Shown one piece after another: positions 11,246 to 22,639 of a stretch of DNA of 64,000 nt (position 1 is its first letter; every line of letters starts with the position of its first letter). Both the position numbers and the translations under genes were made by a program. The notes under the pieces are model-generated. The model ran no database searches. It was given only the letters and a program-made list of their open reading frames with translations, and had not been told where the DNA came from. Source of the stretch: Candidatus Eiseniibacteriota bacterium (GTDB taxonomy: Bacteria > Eisenbacteria > RBG-16-71-46 > CAIMUX01 > VGJL01); NCBI GenBank assembly GCA_963792585.1, contig CAWBWI010000006.1, positions 416,001-480,000 on the forward strand, given 5' to 3'.

Positions 11246-12805
11246 ATGGCCGCGCGCTCGTCGATCGCTCCGCGTCGCCTCGCGATTCGGACCGCAACGC
11301 TGGCCTCGCTCGCCATCGCCTGCGTTGCCCAAGGGGGGGGAACCGTGCGCGAACCGATTCTCGCAGGGAGTTGGTATCCGGGGGAAGCCGTGGAGCTACG
11401 GACGACCGTCGAGGAGTTCCTTGCCGACGGCGGGGCGCCCGATGAGCGAACGATCGCGTTGATCGCGCCCCACGCCGGGTATGTCTACTCGGGAGCCACG
11501 GCCGGCAAGGCGTTCGCCGCGGTTCGCGGCCGGAAGGCCGAGCGCGTGATCTTGTTGGGTCCAAGCCATCGCGCTGCTTTCAACGGCGGCGCCCTGTCCA
11601 GTCAGGACGCATGGCGCACGCCGCTGGGCGAGGTTCCGCTGGACCGTGAGGCGATCGGCATGCTCGAGACGCGTCGAGGCTTTCGCGTCAACGACGCCGC
11701 GCATGGACGCGAGCACTCGCTCGAGATCGAGATCCCCTTCCTCCAGGTGGCGCTGCGGCCGGGTTGGAAGCTCGTCCCGATCATGGTCGGACAACTCGAC
11801 GACAAGACCGTGGGCGAACTCGCCGAGGGGATCGCTCCGCTCCTCGGCTCCGGAACCCTCGTCGTGGTCTCCTCCGACTTCACCCATTTCGGGCAGGACT
11901 ATGGATACGTGCCCTTCCGTGACTCGGTCGCGACACGGATCCGCAACCTCGACGAGGAGGGGATCGCCGCGATCCGTCGCATGTCGAGCGAGCAGTTCGA
12001 GGACTTTCGCGAACGCACTGGGGCGACGATCTGCGGGGCCGACCCGATCCGGGTGCTGCTGACCCTGATGGCGGGCCGCGCGCAGGAGGTCGTCCAGCGT
12101 GGTTACGATCAGTCGGGAGCGATGGTCGGGAGCTACACGAACTCGGTGAGCTACGCGGCGCTCACCTTCGCGCCGGCGACGTCGGAGGTCGCCGAAGGCG
12201 CGGAAGGCGCGACTGCGGCCGGCGCGAAGCGGGTCGGCCTGCACCGCCCCCTCGACACGGGCGAGCAGGAGGCGCTCCTCGCGCTCGCCCGCAATGCGAT
12301 CCGCGCCGCCGTGCGCGGGGCTGCCGCGCCGCCGGACCGCGTGCCCGATTCCTTCGCGCAGGACTCCCCCCTACGCCAGGAACGCGGCGTCTTCGTCACG
12401 CTCACCGAGGGAGGCGACCTCCGCGGCTGCATCGGAAGCATCATCGGCAAGGAGCCGCTCTACGCGGGCGTCCGGCGACAGGCGGTCCACGCCGCCCGGG
12501 AGGACCCGCGATTTCCGCCCGTCTCGTCAGGCGAACTGGAGAGGATCCACATCGAAATCTCGGTTCTCACGCCACCCGTTCCCGTGGCCGGGCCTCAGGA
12601 GATCGTTGTCGGGCGTCACGGCGTCCTGATCGAAAAGCGTGACCGCCGCGCCGTCTTCCTGCCACAGGTCGCCCCGGAGCAAGGATGGGATCGCGAGGAG
12701 ATGCTCCGGGCGTTGTGCCGCAAGGCCGGGCTCGCCGCCGACGACTGGAAGAGCGGAATGACCTTCGAGGTGTTCGAGGCCCAGATCTTCGAGGAGAAGG
12801 AGTAG
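11246..12805 (+). CDS. amrB: AmmeMemoRadiSam protein B (MEMO1-like)-protein A (AMMECR1-like) fusion with N-terminal signal-like segment
   Basis: AGSWYP, PHAGYVYSG, GPSH, EHSLE, SSDFTH, TICG, VSYAA (MEMO); GVFVTL, LRGCIG, DPRF, FLPQVA, LCRKAG (AMMECR1). Confidence 0.92.
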   Translation: MAARSSIAPRRLAIRTATLASLAIACVAQGGGTVREPILAGSWYPGEAVELRTTVEEFLADGGAPDERTIALIAPHAGYVYSGATAGKAFAAVRGRKAERVILLGPSHRAAFNGGALSSQDAWRTPLGEVPLDREAIGMLETRRGFRVNDAAHGREHSLEIEIPFLQVALRPGWKLVPIMVGQLDDKTVGELAEGIAPLLGSGTLVVVSSDFTHFGQDYGYVPFRDSVATRIRNLDEEGIAAIRRMSSEQFEDFRERTGATICGADPIRVLLTLMAGRAQEVVQRGYDQSGAMVGSYTNSVSYAALTFAPATSEVAEGAEGATAAGAKRVGLHRPLDTGEQEALLALARNAIRAAVRGAAAPPDRVPDSFAQDSPLRQERGVFVTLTEGGDLRGCIGSIIGKEPLYAGVRRQAVHAAREDPRFPPVSSGELERIHIEISVLTPPVPVAGPQEIVVGRHGVLIEKRDRRAVFLPQVAPEQGWDREEMLRALCRKAGLAADDWKSGMTFEVFEAQIFEEKE

Positions 12806-12812
12806 GAGGCGT

Positions 12813-13787
12813 GTGAGGCGACGGACCTTCCTCGGTCTGGCCGCCACCGCGGCGGTCGTGCGGCCCTCGTTCGGCGGAGAATCGGTGTTCGAGGGACGCG
12901 GTCGCGTCGCATCCGTCGTCGATGCCGCGGCGACGGACGGGAACGAAGCCGACACCCGATCCTCCCTTCAGCGCTGCCTGGAGCGTGGACTCGCCGCGAT
13001 CGCGGATCTCCCCGGCGCCGACGCATGGAGATCGATCTTTCGACCCGACGACCGCGTCGCGATCAAGCTGAATTGCCTCGCCGGCCCCCGGCTGGCGCCG
13101 CGCACGGAGTTGGTCGACGCGATCGTCCGCGGTCTCCACGGCGCCGGCGTCCGCGACGATGCGATCGTGATCTTCGACCGCACGTCGCGCGAGCTGGAAC
13201 GCGCGGGATTCCCGGTGCGGACCGCCGGGGGTTCCCTGCGTTGTTTCGGGACCGACGCCCTCGTTGGAGGCGGATACGGACCCGAGATCCTCGAGCACCG
13301 CTCGATTGGCTCGCTCTTCACGCGAATCGTCACCGAACACGCGACCGCTCTCATCAACGTCGGCGTCTGCAAGGATCACGATCTCGCGGGGGTCTCCGCC
13401 GGGGGCAAGAACCTGTACGGCCTCATCCACAACCCGAACCGGTATCACGCGAACGCTTGCGATCCCTACGTTGCCGATCTGCTCGATCACCCGGTCGTGA
13501 AGTCCAGGCTTCGCCTGACGATCATCGATGCGGAGACGATCCAGTGCCATGGCGGGCCCGCGTATCACGCGTCCTATACATTCCAGGCAGGCCGGATATT
13601 GCTCTCGCGCGATCCGGTCGCGGTCGATCGGATTGCGTGGGAGATGATCGAGGCGGAGCGGGCGCGACGCGGCCTCCCGTCACTCGCCGAAGAGGAGCGG
13701 GAGCCGAGGTGGATCATGACTGCGGAGGCGCTCGGGCTCGGCGTGGCCGACCGGGATCGGATCGACCTGCGGGAGGTGGCGGCATGA
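12813..13787 (+). CDS. DUF362 family putative Fe-S protein with Tat signal
   Basis: MRRRTFLGL twin-arginine leader; VAIKLN, KDH..AG...KNLYG, GGP, SRDPVAVD, LGLG motifs. Confidence 0.85.
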   Translation: MRRRTFLGLAATAAVVRPSFGGESVFEGRGRVASVVDAAATDGNEADTRSSLQRCLERGLAAIADLPGADAWRSIFRPDDRVAIKLNCLAGPRLAPRTELVDAIVRGLHGAGVRDDAIVIFDRTSRELERAGFPVRTAGGSLRCFGTDALVGGGYGPEILEHRSIGSLFTRIVTEHATALINVGVCKDHDLAGVSAGGKNLYGLIHNPNRYHANACDPYVADLLDHPVVKSRLRLTIIDAETIQCHGGPAYHASYTFQAGRILLSRDPVAVDRIAWEMIEAERARRGLPSLAEEEREPRWIMTAEALGLGVADRDRIDLREVAA

Positions 13788-13894
13788 GGATCGCGGGCTC
13801 GGGGCGGGTCGGCTTTCGGGTGGCACGGGGCGGCATACAGGGGGCGCGGACCTGCATGGGGGCGGCACAGGCGGATTCTTGGGAGACGCCATGA
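13784..13894 (+). CDS. Possible 36-aa peptide translationally coupled between DUF362 and amrS
   Basis: GGGAGGT SD; ATGA overlaps with both neighbouring genes; no recognisable homology. Confidence 0.25.
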   Translation: MRIAGSGRVGFRVARGGIQGARTCMGAAQADSWETP

Positions 13895-15051
13895 GCATCC
13901 CTGTCCCGGATCGACGAGACTTCCTCGCCCGCTGCGCGGGTTGCGCGGCCGCGATCGCCTTCGCCGATATCCTCGCCCGCCCAGCGTGGTCCGAAGACGT
14001 ATTCGAGTTCCAGAAACCGCAGGACGCGGCAGGAGGCGTCTCGGACGCGCGGGCTGCTTGGTGGGATGCGATGCCCGATGGACGGGTCACGTGCAGGCTC
14101 TGCCCCCGTGAGTGCCGCGTGGCGGATCAGGAACGGGGGTACTGCGGCGTGCGGGCGAACGAGGGGGGCGTCTACAAGACCCTGGTCCACGGACGGGTTG
14201 CGGCGGTTCACGTCGACCCGGTGGAAAAGAAGCCGTTCTTCCACGTCGTCCCGGGATCGGCCGCATACTCCCTCGCAACGGCCGGCTGCAACATGCAGTG
14301 CCGTTTTCGTCAGAACTGGGAGATCTCGCAATTCCGCCCCGAGCAGGTGCCGAGCGTCGAGGCGCCTCCGGAGCGGGTCGTCGCGGCGGCGCGTGCCGCC
14401 CGCGCGCCCTTCCTTGCCTATACCTACAGCGAGCCGGTCATCTTCTTCGAGTACATGCGAGAGATCGCGGATGCCGGAAACGCGGCCGGGATCCGGAGTC
14501 TCATGATCTCGAACGGGTATATTCAGGAAAAGCCGCTCCGCGAACTGCTGGGGCGCCTCGCCGCGGTGAAGATCGACCTGAAGGGATTCACCGAGGAGTA
14601 CTACCGGGACGTATGCGACGCGCAGCTGAAACCGGTGCTGGCCACTCTCGAGATCCTGAAGGATTCGGGCGTCTGGTTCGAGATCGTGGTTCTGGTCGTC
14701 CCTACGTTGAACGACGACGAGAAGTCGATGCGGGGCCTGTGTGCATGGATCGCCTCGCATCTCGGTCGCGAGGTGCCGATTCACTTCACACGGTTCCACC
14801 CCAACTACCGACTGCAGAACCTGCCCGTGACCCCGGTGAGAACCCTCGAACGGATCCATGGATACGCTCGCGAGGCGGGGTTGGCATTCGCCTACATCGG
14901 AAACGTTCCGGGTCATGCCGCGGAGAACACGATCTGTCCGGGGTGCGGGCATATCCTCGTTCGGCGGTCGGCTTATGCGGTTCTAGATATGTCCATCAAG
15001 GACGGGCGCTGTTCCAACTGCTCCCGCGTGATCCCAGGACTCTGGTCATAG
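13891..15051 (+). CDS. amrS: AmmeMemoRadiSam radical SAM enzyme with Tat-like leader; third cluster Cys reads Arg
   Basis: CRLCPREC..GYCGVR, DPVEKKPFFH, GCNMQCRFRQNWEISQ, AYTYSEP, IDLK, HFTRFHP, GNVPG..NT.CP.C; leader RRDFL. Confidence 0.9.
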   Translation: MSIPVPDRRDFLARCAGCAAAIAFADILARPAWSEDVFEFQKPQDAAGGVSDARAAWWDAMPDGRVTCRLCPRECRVADQERGYCGVRANEGGVYKTLVHGRVAAVHVDPVEKKPFFHVVPGSAAYSLATAGCNMQCRFRQNWEISQFRPEQVPSVEAPPERVVAAARAARAPFLAYTYSEPVIFFEYMREIADAGNAAGIRSLMISNGYIQEKPLRELLGRLAAVKIDLKGFTEEYYRDVCDAQLKPVLATLEILKDSGVWFEIVVLVVPTLNDDEKSMRGLCAWIASHLGREVPIHFTRFHPNYRLQNLPVTPVRTLERIHGYAREAGLAFAYIGNVPGHAAENTICPGCGHILVRRSAYAVLDMSIKDGRCSNCSRVIPGLWS

Positions 15052-17038
15052 CGGCCAGGGACGGGATCGCGAGGGCGAGCCCGACCGTCGCAAACCCCCG
15101 GGGCAGCAGGAAGAGAACCGCGACCGCGCCGATCACTCCGCCCACGGCATCCGCCGCCCAGGCGCGCGCCGCAGTCGCCTCCATCGAGACGATCGGGAAG
15201 GGAAGCCCGCATATGGCGCCGAGCGCGAGCGCGACGAGGGCATAGGCAGCGGTCAACGGCGGCAGGTGAGGTAGGGCCCAACCGCATCCGGCGGCGATCA
15301 GGATCTGCACGATCCCGATTGCGGGAAGCCAGCGCCAAGTCGCGCGGCGCATGACGGCGATCCAGGCCCCGATGGCCGTTCCGCCGAGGAAGGCGCCCAA
15401 GAGAACGCCCAATCCCGACTGCAGGATTCCGACCCGCGCCTGGAATGCCATGAGGACGAGGAGATCGAGCCCCATGGCAACGGCGCCGGCGGCAACGATC
15501 GGAGCTTCTCTCCGTTTCGCGCCGGCTGGGAGCGAAAGCAACAGGAGCGGTAACAACAAGCCCAGCCATGAGGGAAGACCGGTCGGGAATCCCATCATCT
15601 TCGACCAGCGACCCAGGGCGTAGGCGAAGGCGGCCGGTCGATCGTCTCGATTGGCAAGAGCCGGCGCCGGCGACGCGAGTCGGGATCGGGGATACTCGAC
15701 GACGAAGCGGGCGGCAGGATATGTCGCAAAGCGCCACGCGCCGCGGTCGTGCCGGGCTCTTAGGGAGTCGGGATCGAGTGATGCATCCCCCGCCTGCCGC
15801 GACGCGGCCAGGATGTAGCGATCCGCGTCGATCGCCGATACCGGCCCGACCGACACCCGCATCGCCGCCGCAACGCTCGATCGCCATGCCCGGGTCTCCT
15901 CCCCCGGCGCCGCCTCCCCGCCCGGCGCGATGGCAATCACGACGCCCTCGGGCGCGAGCGCCTTCGTCATGTCACGGAAGGCTTCCGCCGTCCAGAGCCG
16001 GTTCGCCGAAACACCGGTCGCTTCGCCGCCCGTGATCGCGATCGCATCCCAGGTCGCTTGTACATTTCGGATCGTTCTCCGCGGGTCACCGACTCCATAT
16101 GCCACGGCGCCGCCGGGCTGCGCGAAGAGCGTGTCCTCTCGCTCCGGGACCAGACACAGAACCCGCGCCGCACCCGCTCTGACGAGCGCGGCGGCGATGC
16201 CCTCGGTCCCGAAGTCAACCAGGAGGAACGCCCGGGCGCGCGGAGGGCAGGATGCGAGCAGCGCCGCAGTGGCTTCGGCGGTCGTCGGGTCGTCCAGGAT
16301 TGCCAACAGGCAATCGTCTGCGAAGAGCCAGCGCTGGCCTTCGCGCTCCGCGAGCGCGAGCGTGCGCTGGGGGGTGGCCGCATGTGCAATGAGGTGGAGT
16401 CCCGGGCGTCGGCTCTCCCAGGACGAGCGGAAGAGCCACTCATCGATGCGCGTCACCGGACCGCCCACGACGAGCAGAAGGACTGCAACCGCTCCAATGG
16501 TCCCTGTGGTTCGACGCCAGGCGAGGAGGACGCAAACGGCACCGCCCGCGAGAATCCCGATCGCGGGAACGCGAAGCACGAAGAGCACGGTCGTCAGCAC
16601 TCCCCCGACCACCGCGCCCAGCGCCTCGACGACATACGCGCGCCCGACTCTCTCCGCGGCGACCGGGAAGACACCCGCCGTGAAGAACGCCGCCGGGAAG
16701 AGAACGATGAACGCGAGCCAGGCGACCGCTGCCGGGCGTGGCAACTCGCCGGGCAGACTCCCCGGCAAGGCTGCGAACCGCGCGAGGACGAGTGAGCTGA
16801 CTGCAACCAGGAGCCCCAGGCTCAGCAACCGGATCGCGGAGGAAGGCCCGAGCGGCTTGATCCGACGCCAGGTGAGCGCGCCGATCGCGGAGCCGAGCAA
16901 CCAGAAGGAGAGGGCAAGCGTGAGGACGATCTCGTTTCCGCCACAGCGGGCGAGAAGTTCTCGTAAGAGGACCGCCTGCGCGGGCAAGGAGACCAGCCCG
17001 ATCAGAAACGGCGCGGCATCCCGATGGTCAATCCGCAT
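14996..17038 (-). CDS. Membrane protein of fused MFS-like/spermidine-synthase-like family (degenerate SAM-binding motifs)
   Basis: QAVLLRELL..GGNE..WLLGSAIG, YVVEALG, GDPRR, ANRLWTAEAF..L.PEG, NRDDRP, WAADAVGG; transmembrane blocks at both ends. Confidence 0.75.
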   Translation of the reverse strand: MRIDHRDAAPFLIGLVSLPAQAVLLRELLARCGGNEIVLTLALSFWLLGSAIGALTWRRIKPLGPSSAIRLLSLGLLVAVSSLVLARFAALPGSLPGELPRPAAVAWLAFIVLFPAAFFTAGVFPVAAERVGRAYVVEALGAVVGGVLTTVLFVLRVPAIGILAGGAVCVLLAWRRTTGTIGAVAVLLLVVGGPVTRIDEWLFRSSWESRRPGLHLIAHAATPQRTLALAEREGQRWLFADDCLLAILDDPTTAEATAALLASCPPRARAFLLVDFGTEGIAAALVRAGAARVLCLVPEREDTLFAQPGGAVAYGVGDPRRTIRNVQATWDAIAITGGEATGVSANRLWTAEAFRDMTKALAPEGVVIAIAPGGEAAPGEETRAWRSSVAAAMRVSVGPVSAIDADRYILAASRQAGDASLDPDSLRARHDRGAWRFATYPAARFVVEYPRSRLASPAPALANRDDRPAAFAYALGRWSKMMGFPTGLPSWLGLLLPLLLLSLPAGAKRREAPIVAAGAVAMGLDLLVLMAFQARVGILQSGLGVLLGAFLGGTAIGAWIAVMRRATWRWLPAIGIVQILIAAGCGWALPHLPPLTAAYALVALALGAICGLPFPIVSMEATAARAWAADAVGGVIGAVAVLFLLPRGFATVGLALAIPSLAAMTRVLGSRGSSWNSARP

Positions 17039-17465
17039 CGCGGGGATGATATCCCTAGGCGGCCGGATTGGCGAAGTTCGCGGGATCGTGTGCCCAGCGG
17101 ATCAGGATCGGAGTCAACGTCACCAATTCCCGAAGCTGGGCCCGGTGAAGATCGGACTCGGGGTGTATGTTCCCGACCCGTCATGGGCTCAGGCCATCCT
17201 GCCACGAGCAGCACGTTTCACGAGTTCAGGCTAAGAGCGATCTCTGGAGACGCTTCCGCGATGGATGCGCCCTGCCGCATTCGGGGCCCGGCCCATCAGA
17301 ATGGATCATTTATTCAAGACTCAAGAGAGCACATAACTAATCGTGACGACCCGCATTCGCCCGCACTGCGGCCCTTGTGGACACCATGGACCGCATCCTC
17401 TATGTCTTGCCGGCGACACGCGTCCGGGGTTTCCGAGGGGCCCTGGATGGGCAAAACAGGTTTTC

Positions 17466-17520
17466 TTGACACTCTCGACACGGAGAGGTTAGTCTCGCCT
17501 GTTTGTGAACTCATTTGCAT
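17466..17520 (+). promoter_or_regulatory. Putative sigma70 promoter of the act/cox operon with Rex-box-like operator
   Basis: TTGACA 17466-17471, 18 bp, TAGTCT 17490-17495; TTGTGAA-ctca-TTTGCAT 17503-17520. Confidence 0.5.
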
Positions 17521-18171
17521 ATGAATAGAACACCTTTTCCTGACTGGACCAACTCACTGCGGATCTGGCTGGGCGTCGCCCTGGCCGGTATCCCGGTTTA
17601 CCTATTCCTCCTGATCGCTTACGGCACGCACGCGAAGACGACCGCGGTCGGCTACATGCCGGAGCAGCCGGTTCCGTACAGCCATGCGCTGCACGCTGGC
17701 CAGCTCGGGATCGACTGCCGCTACTGCCACACCACGGTCGAGAACGCGGCGATGGCCGCCCTCCCGCCGACCCAGATCTGCATGAACTGCCATCAAAAAG
17801 TGCGCGCCGGCAGCGAGAAGCTGATTCCGGTTCGCGAGAGCTTCGCGACGGGAATGCCGATCCCGTGGATCAAGGTTCACGACCTGCCCGACTACGTCTA
17901 CTTCAACCACAGCGCGCACGTGACGCGCGGCGTCGGATGCGTTTCCTGCCACGGCCGGATCGACAAGATGGATGTCGTCTCCCAGGACCAGCCGCTCACG
18001 ATGGGCTGGTGCCTCGATTGCCACCGGCAACCGGAGAAGTACCTGCGGCCGGTCGAGGACGTGACCCGGATGGATTGGACGGCCGGCGAGGACCAGCTGG
18101 AACTCGGCCGGCGGCTCCGCACGGAGAGAAACATCAACCCTTCGACGGACTGTACGACATGTCATCGATAG
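17521..18171 (+). CDS. actA: Alternative complex III pentaheme cytochrome c subunit A
   Basis: N-terminal TM helix; QPVPYSHALH; five CxxCH (CRYCH, CMNCH, CVSCH, CLDCH, CTTCH); LPDYVYFNHSAH. Confidence 0.92.
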   Translation: MNRTPFPDWTNSLRIWLGVALAGIPVYLFLLIAYGTHAKTTAVGYMPEQPVPYSHALHAGQLGIDCRYCHTTVENAAMAALPPTQICMNCHQKVRAGSEKLIPVRESFATGMPIPWIKVHDLPDYVYFNHSAHVTRGVGCVSCHGRIDKMDVVSQDQPLTMGWCLDCHRQPEKYLRPVEDVTRMDWTAGEDQLELGRRLRTERNINPSTDCTTCHR

Positions 18172-21153
18172 ACCGCACCGACCGCTACTGGCGGAGTCTC
18201 GAGGAGCAGGCCGACACGCCGGAGTTCCGGCGATGCTGGCCCGTGAGTTCCCGAGCGAGCCCTGGGAGTCGCTCCCCCCAGCGACCCGTCGCCAGTTCCT
18301 CAAGGTGATGGGCGCCTCGCTCGCGCTGGCGGGACTCGCGGGGTGCCGCTGGCCGCGCGAAGAGATCGTCCCCTTCGCGCGACCGGCCGGCTACACACCG
18401 GGCGTGCCGCTGCAGTACGCGACGGCGATGGAACTCGGCGGCGCGGCGAGCGGCCTGCTGGTCACCAGCTACGACGGCCGGCCGATCAAGATCGAGGGCA
18501 ACCCGTCCCATCCGACCAACCTCGGCGCGGCGGACGCGATCACGCAGGCGAGCGTCCTCGACCTCTACGACCCCGCCCGCAGCCGCGCCGTGATCCGGCG
18601 CCAGGGCGGACAGAGGCTCGCGCCGGGCTGGGCAGACTTCGCCGGGTTCGCGAGCGAGCAGTTCGGCGCGCTCCGGAGTCGGGGCGGCCAGGGTCTGCAC
18701 ATCCTCAGCGAGGCGAGTTCCTCGTCGAGCCTCGACGCCCTGCGGGAACGCCTTCAGACCGTGTATCCTCGCGCGACGTGGCACGAGTACGAGCCGCTCT
18801 CCTGGGACAACGAGCGGGAAGGGACAGCGCTGGCCTTCGGCCGGCCGATGCGCGCGCACCTCGCCCTCGAGAAGGCCGACGTGATCGTCTGTCTCGACGC
18901 CGATCCTGCTCGCAGATCACCCGGCGGCGGTCCTGCATGCACGGGATTTCGCCGCGGGCCGTCGCAAGGCCGATTCAGGCTCGATGAACCGTCTCTACGC
19001 GGTCGAGAGCGCCTTCTCCGTCACGGGCACGATGGCCGACCATCGCTTCCCGGTGCAGTCGCGGCAGGTCGAGACGCTCGCGGCGGCAGATGGCGCCTGG
19101 CCGTCCTGCCCCGACGGGGCCGCGCTCGCGCGGTACGCGGAATCTTCCTTCCACGCCGCGCTTCGTCGAGACGATCACACAGGATCTGCTGGCCCACCGG
19201 GGCCGTTGCGTCGTCGTCGCGGGGCCGCGCCAGCCGGCGGAAGTCCATGCCCTCGTCCACCTGATGAACGCCGCGCTCGGGAACGTCGGCGCAACGGTCA
19301 CGTACACGGAGGATCCGCGGCCCGAACGGCCGGCGCACGTCCGGGCGATCTATAGCCTGACCGAGCAGATGCGCGCGGGCGGCGTCGACACGCTCTTGGT
19401 CCTCGGCGGCAACCCGGTCTACGACGCTCCCGCGGACCTCGATTTCGCCGGCGCGCTCGCGAAGGTCCCGAACAGCATCCACCTCAGTCTCGCCGACGAC
19501 GAGACCTCGCGCGCCTGCCAGTGGCACCTGCCGCGCGCCCACTATCTCGAGAGCTGGGGCGATGCGCGCGCCTTCGACGGAACGGTGAGCATCGTGCAGC
19601 CGCTCATCGAGCCGCTCTACGAGGGGAAGTCGCCGATCGAGGTCCTCTCGATCGTGCTGGACGATCCCCCCATGAAAGGCTACGACATCGTCCGCGCAGC
19701 TCTGGCCCCGATGGCCGGAGATGGCGACTTCGAGCGGTTCTGGAGGCGATCCCTCCACGACGGGATCATCGCGAACAGCGCGCTACCCGGTCGCGACGCC
19801 GACGGCCCGCGCTGCGGCCGAGCTTCGCTACACGTGAGCGGCGCGCCGATCGGCCGGCCTGGAGGTCGTCTTCGCACGCGATCCGAAGGTCTACGACGGC
19901 CGGTTCGCGAACAACGGGTGGCTCCAGGAAATGCCCGAGCCGTTGACCAAGATGACCTGGGACAATGCGGCGATCATGGGTCCTGCGACGGCCAAGGCGC
20001 TCGGCGTCAAGGCCGACGATCTCGTCACGTTACGCTGCGGCGGTCGCGAGATCGAGGCGGCCGGTCTATGTCCTGCCCGGGCAGACCGCAGCGGAATCGA
20101 TTACCATCCACCTCGGCTACGGCCGCACGGCGGCAGGCAAGGTCGGCGATCGACGCGGGCTTCGACGCCTACCGCCTGCGCACGAGCGCGACGCTGGGCT
20201 TTGCCGGGGACGCGACGATCCAGAAGACGGGCCGCACGTACCCGCTCTCCTGCACGCAGGACCATCACGCGATCGACCTGATCGGGCTGCGGGGCACGGA
20301 GAAGCGCCTGGGCGAACTGATCCGCGAGGCGGAGCTCGCCGAGTACAAGAATGGCCCCGAGTCGGTGCCAGGAGACGTTCCACGAGCCCGCGCTGCACCA
20401 GCTGTACGCGTCCCATCCTTACACCGAGGGCCACCAGTGGGGCATGTCGATCGACCTGAACTCCTGCACCGGCTGCAGCGCGTGCGTCGTCGCCTGCCAG
20501 GCGGAGAACAACATCCCGGTCGTCGGGCAAGGAGCAGGTCGGGCGCAGCCGCGAGATGCACTGGCTCCGCATCGACCGCTACTTCAAGGGCGATCCCGAA
20601 GCTCCTCGAGGTCGCGCACCAGCCGGTGGCCTGCGTGCAGTGCGAGAACGCGCCCGTGCGAGCAGGTCTGCCCGGTGGCCGCCACGGTGCACAGCGCGCG
20701 AGGGCCTCAACGAGATGGTCTACAACCGCTGCGTCGGCACGCGCTACTGCGCGAACAACTGCCCCTACAAGGTCCGGCGCTTCAACTGGTTCAACTTCCA
20801 CAAGGATCTGACGGAGACCGAGAAGATGGCCCACAACCCCGAGGTGACGGTCCGCAGCCGCGGCGTGATGGAGAAGTGCACCTACTGCGTGCAGCGGATC
20901 GAAGCGGTCAAGATCGCCGCGAAGAACGACGGGCCGGCCGATCGCGCGACGGCGAGATCGTCGCCCGCCTGCGCCCAGACCTGCCCGACGCCAGGCGATC
21001 GTCTTCGGCGACCTCGAACGACCCGACGAGCCGGGTCTCGCGAACTGCACGAGCACGCCGCGCGCCTACGCGCCTGCTCGACGAGCTGAACACGCGGCCG
21101 CGCACCGCGCTACCTGGCCAAGATCGCAACCCGGAACCACGGCTGGAAGGAGC

Positions 21154-21157
<4 letters not shown>
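18159..21157 (+). CDS. actB: ACIII subunit B (molybdopterin-oxidoreductase-like plus Fe-S domain); frameshifted in this assembly
   Basis: YWRSLEE, RRQFLKVMGAS..AGC, DGRPIKIEGNP, LYDP, HYLESWGD, WGMSIDLNSCTGCSACVVACQAENNIP, CVQCENAP, CVGTRYCANNCPY, RGVMEKCTYCVQRI, spread over different frames. Confidence 0.9.
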
Positions 21158-22635
<1,478 letters not shown>

Positions 22636-22639
<4 letters not shown>

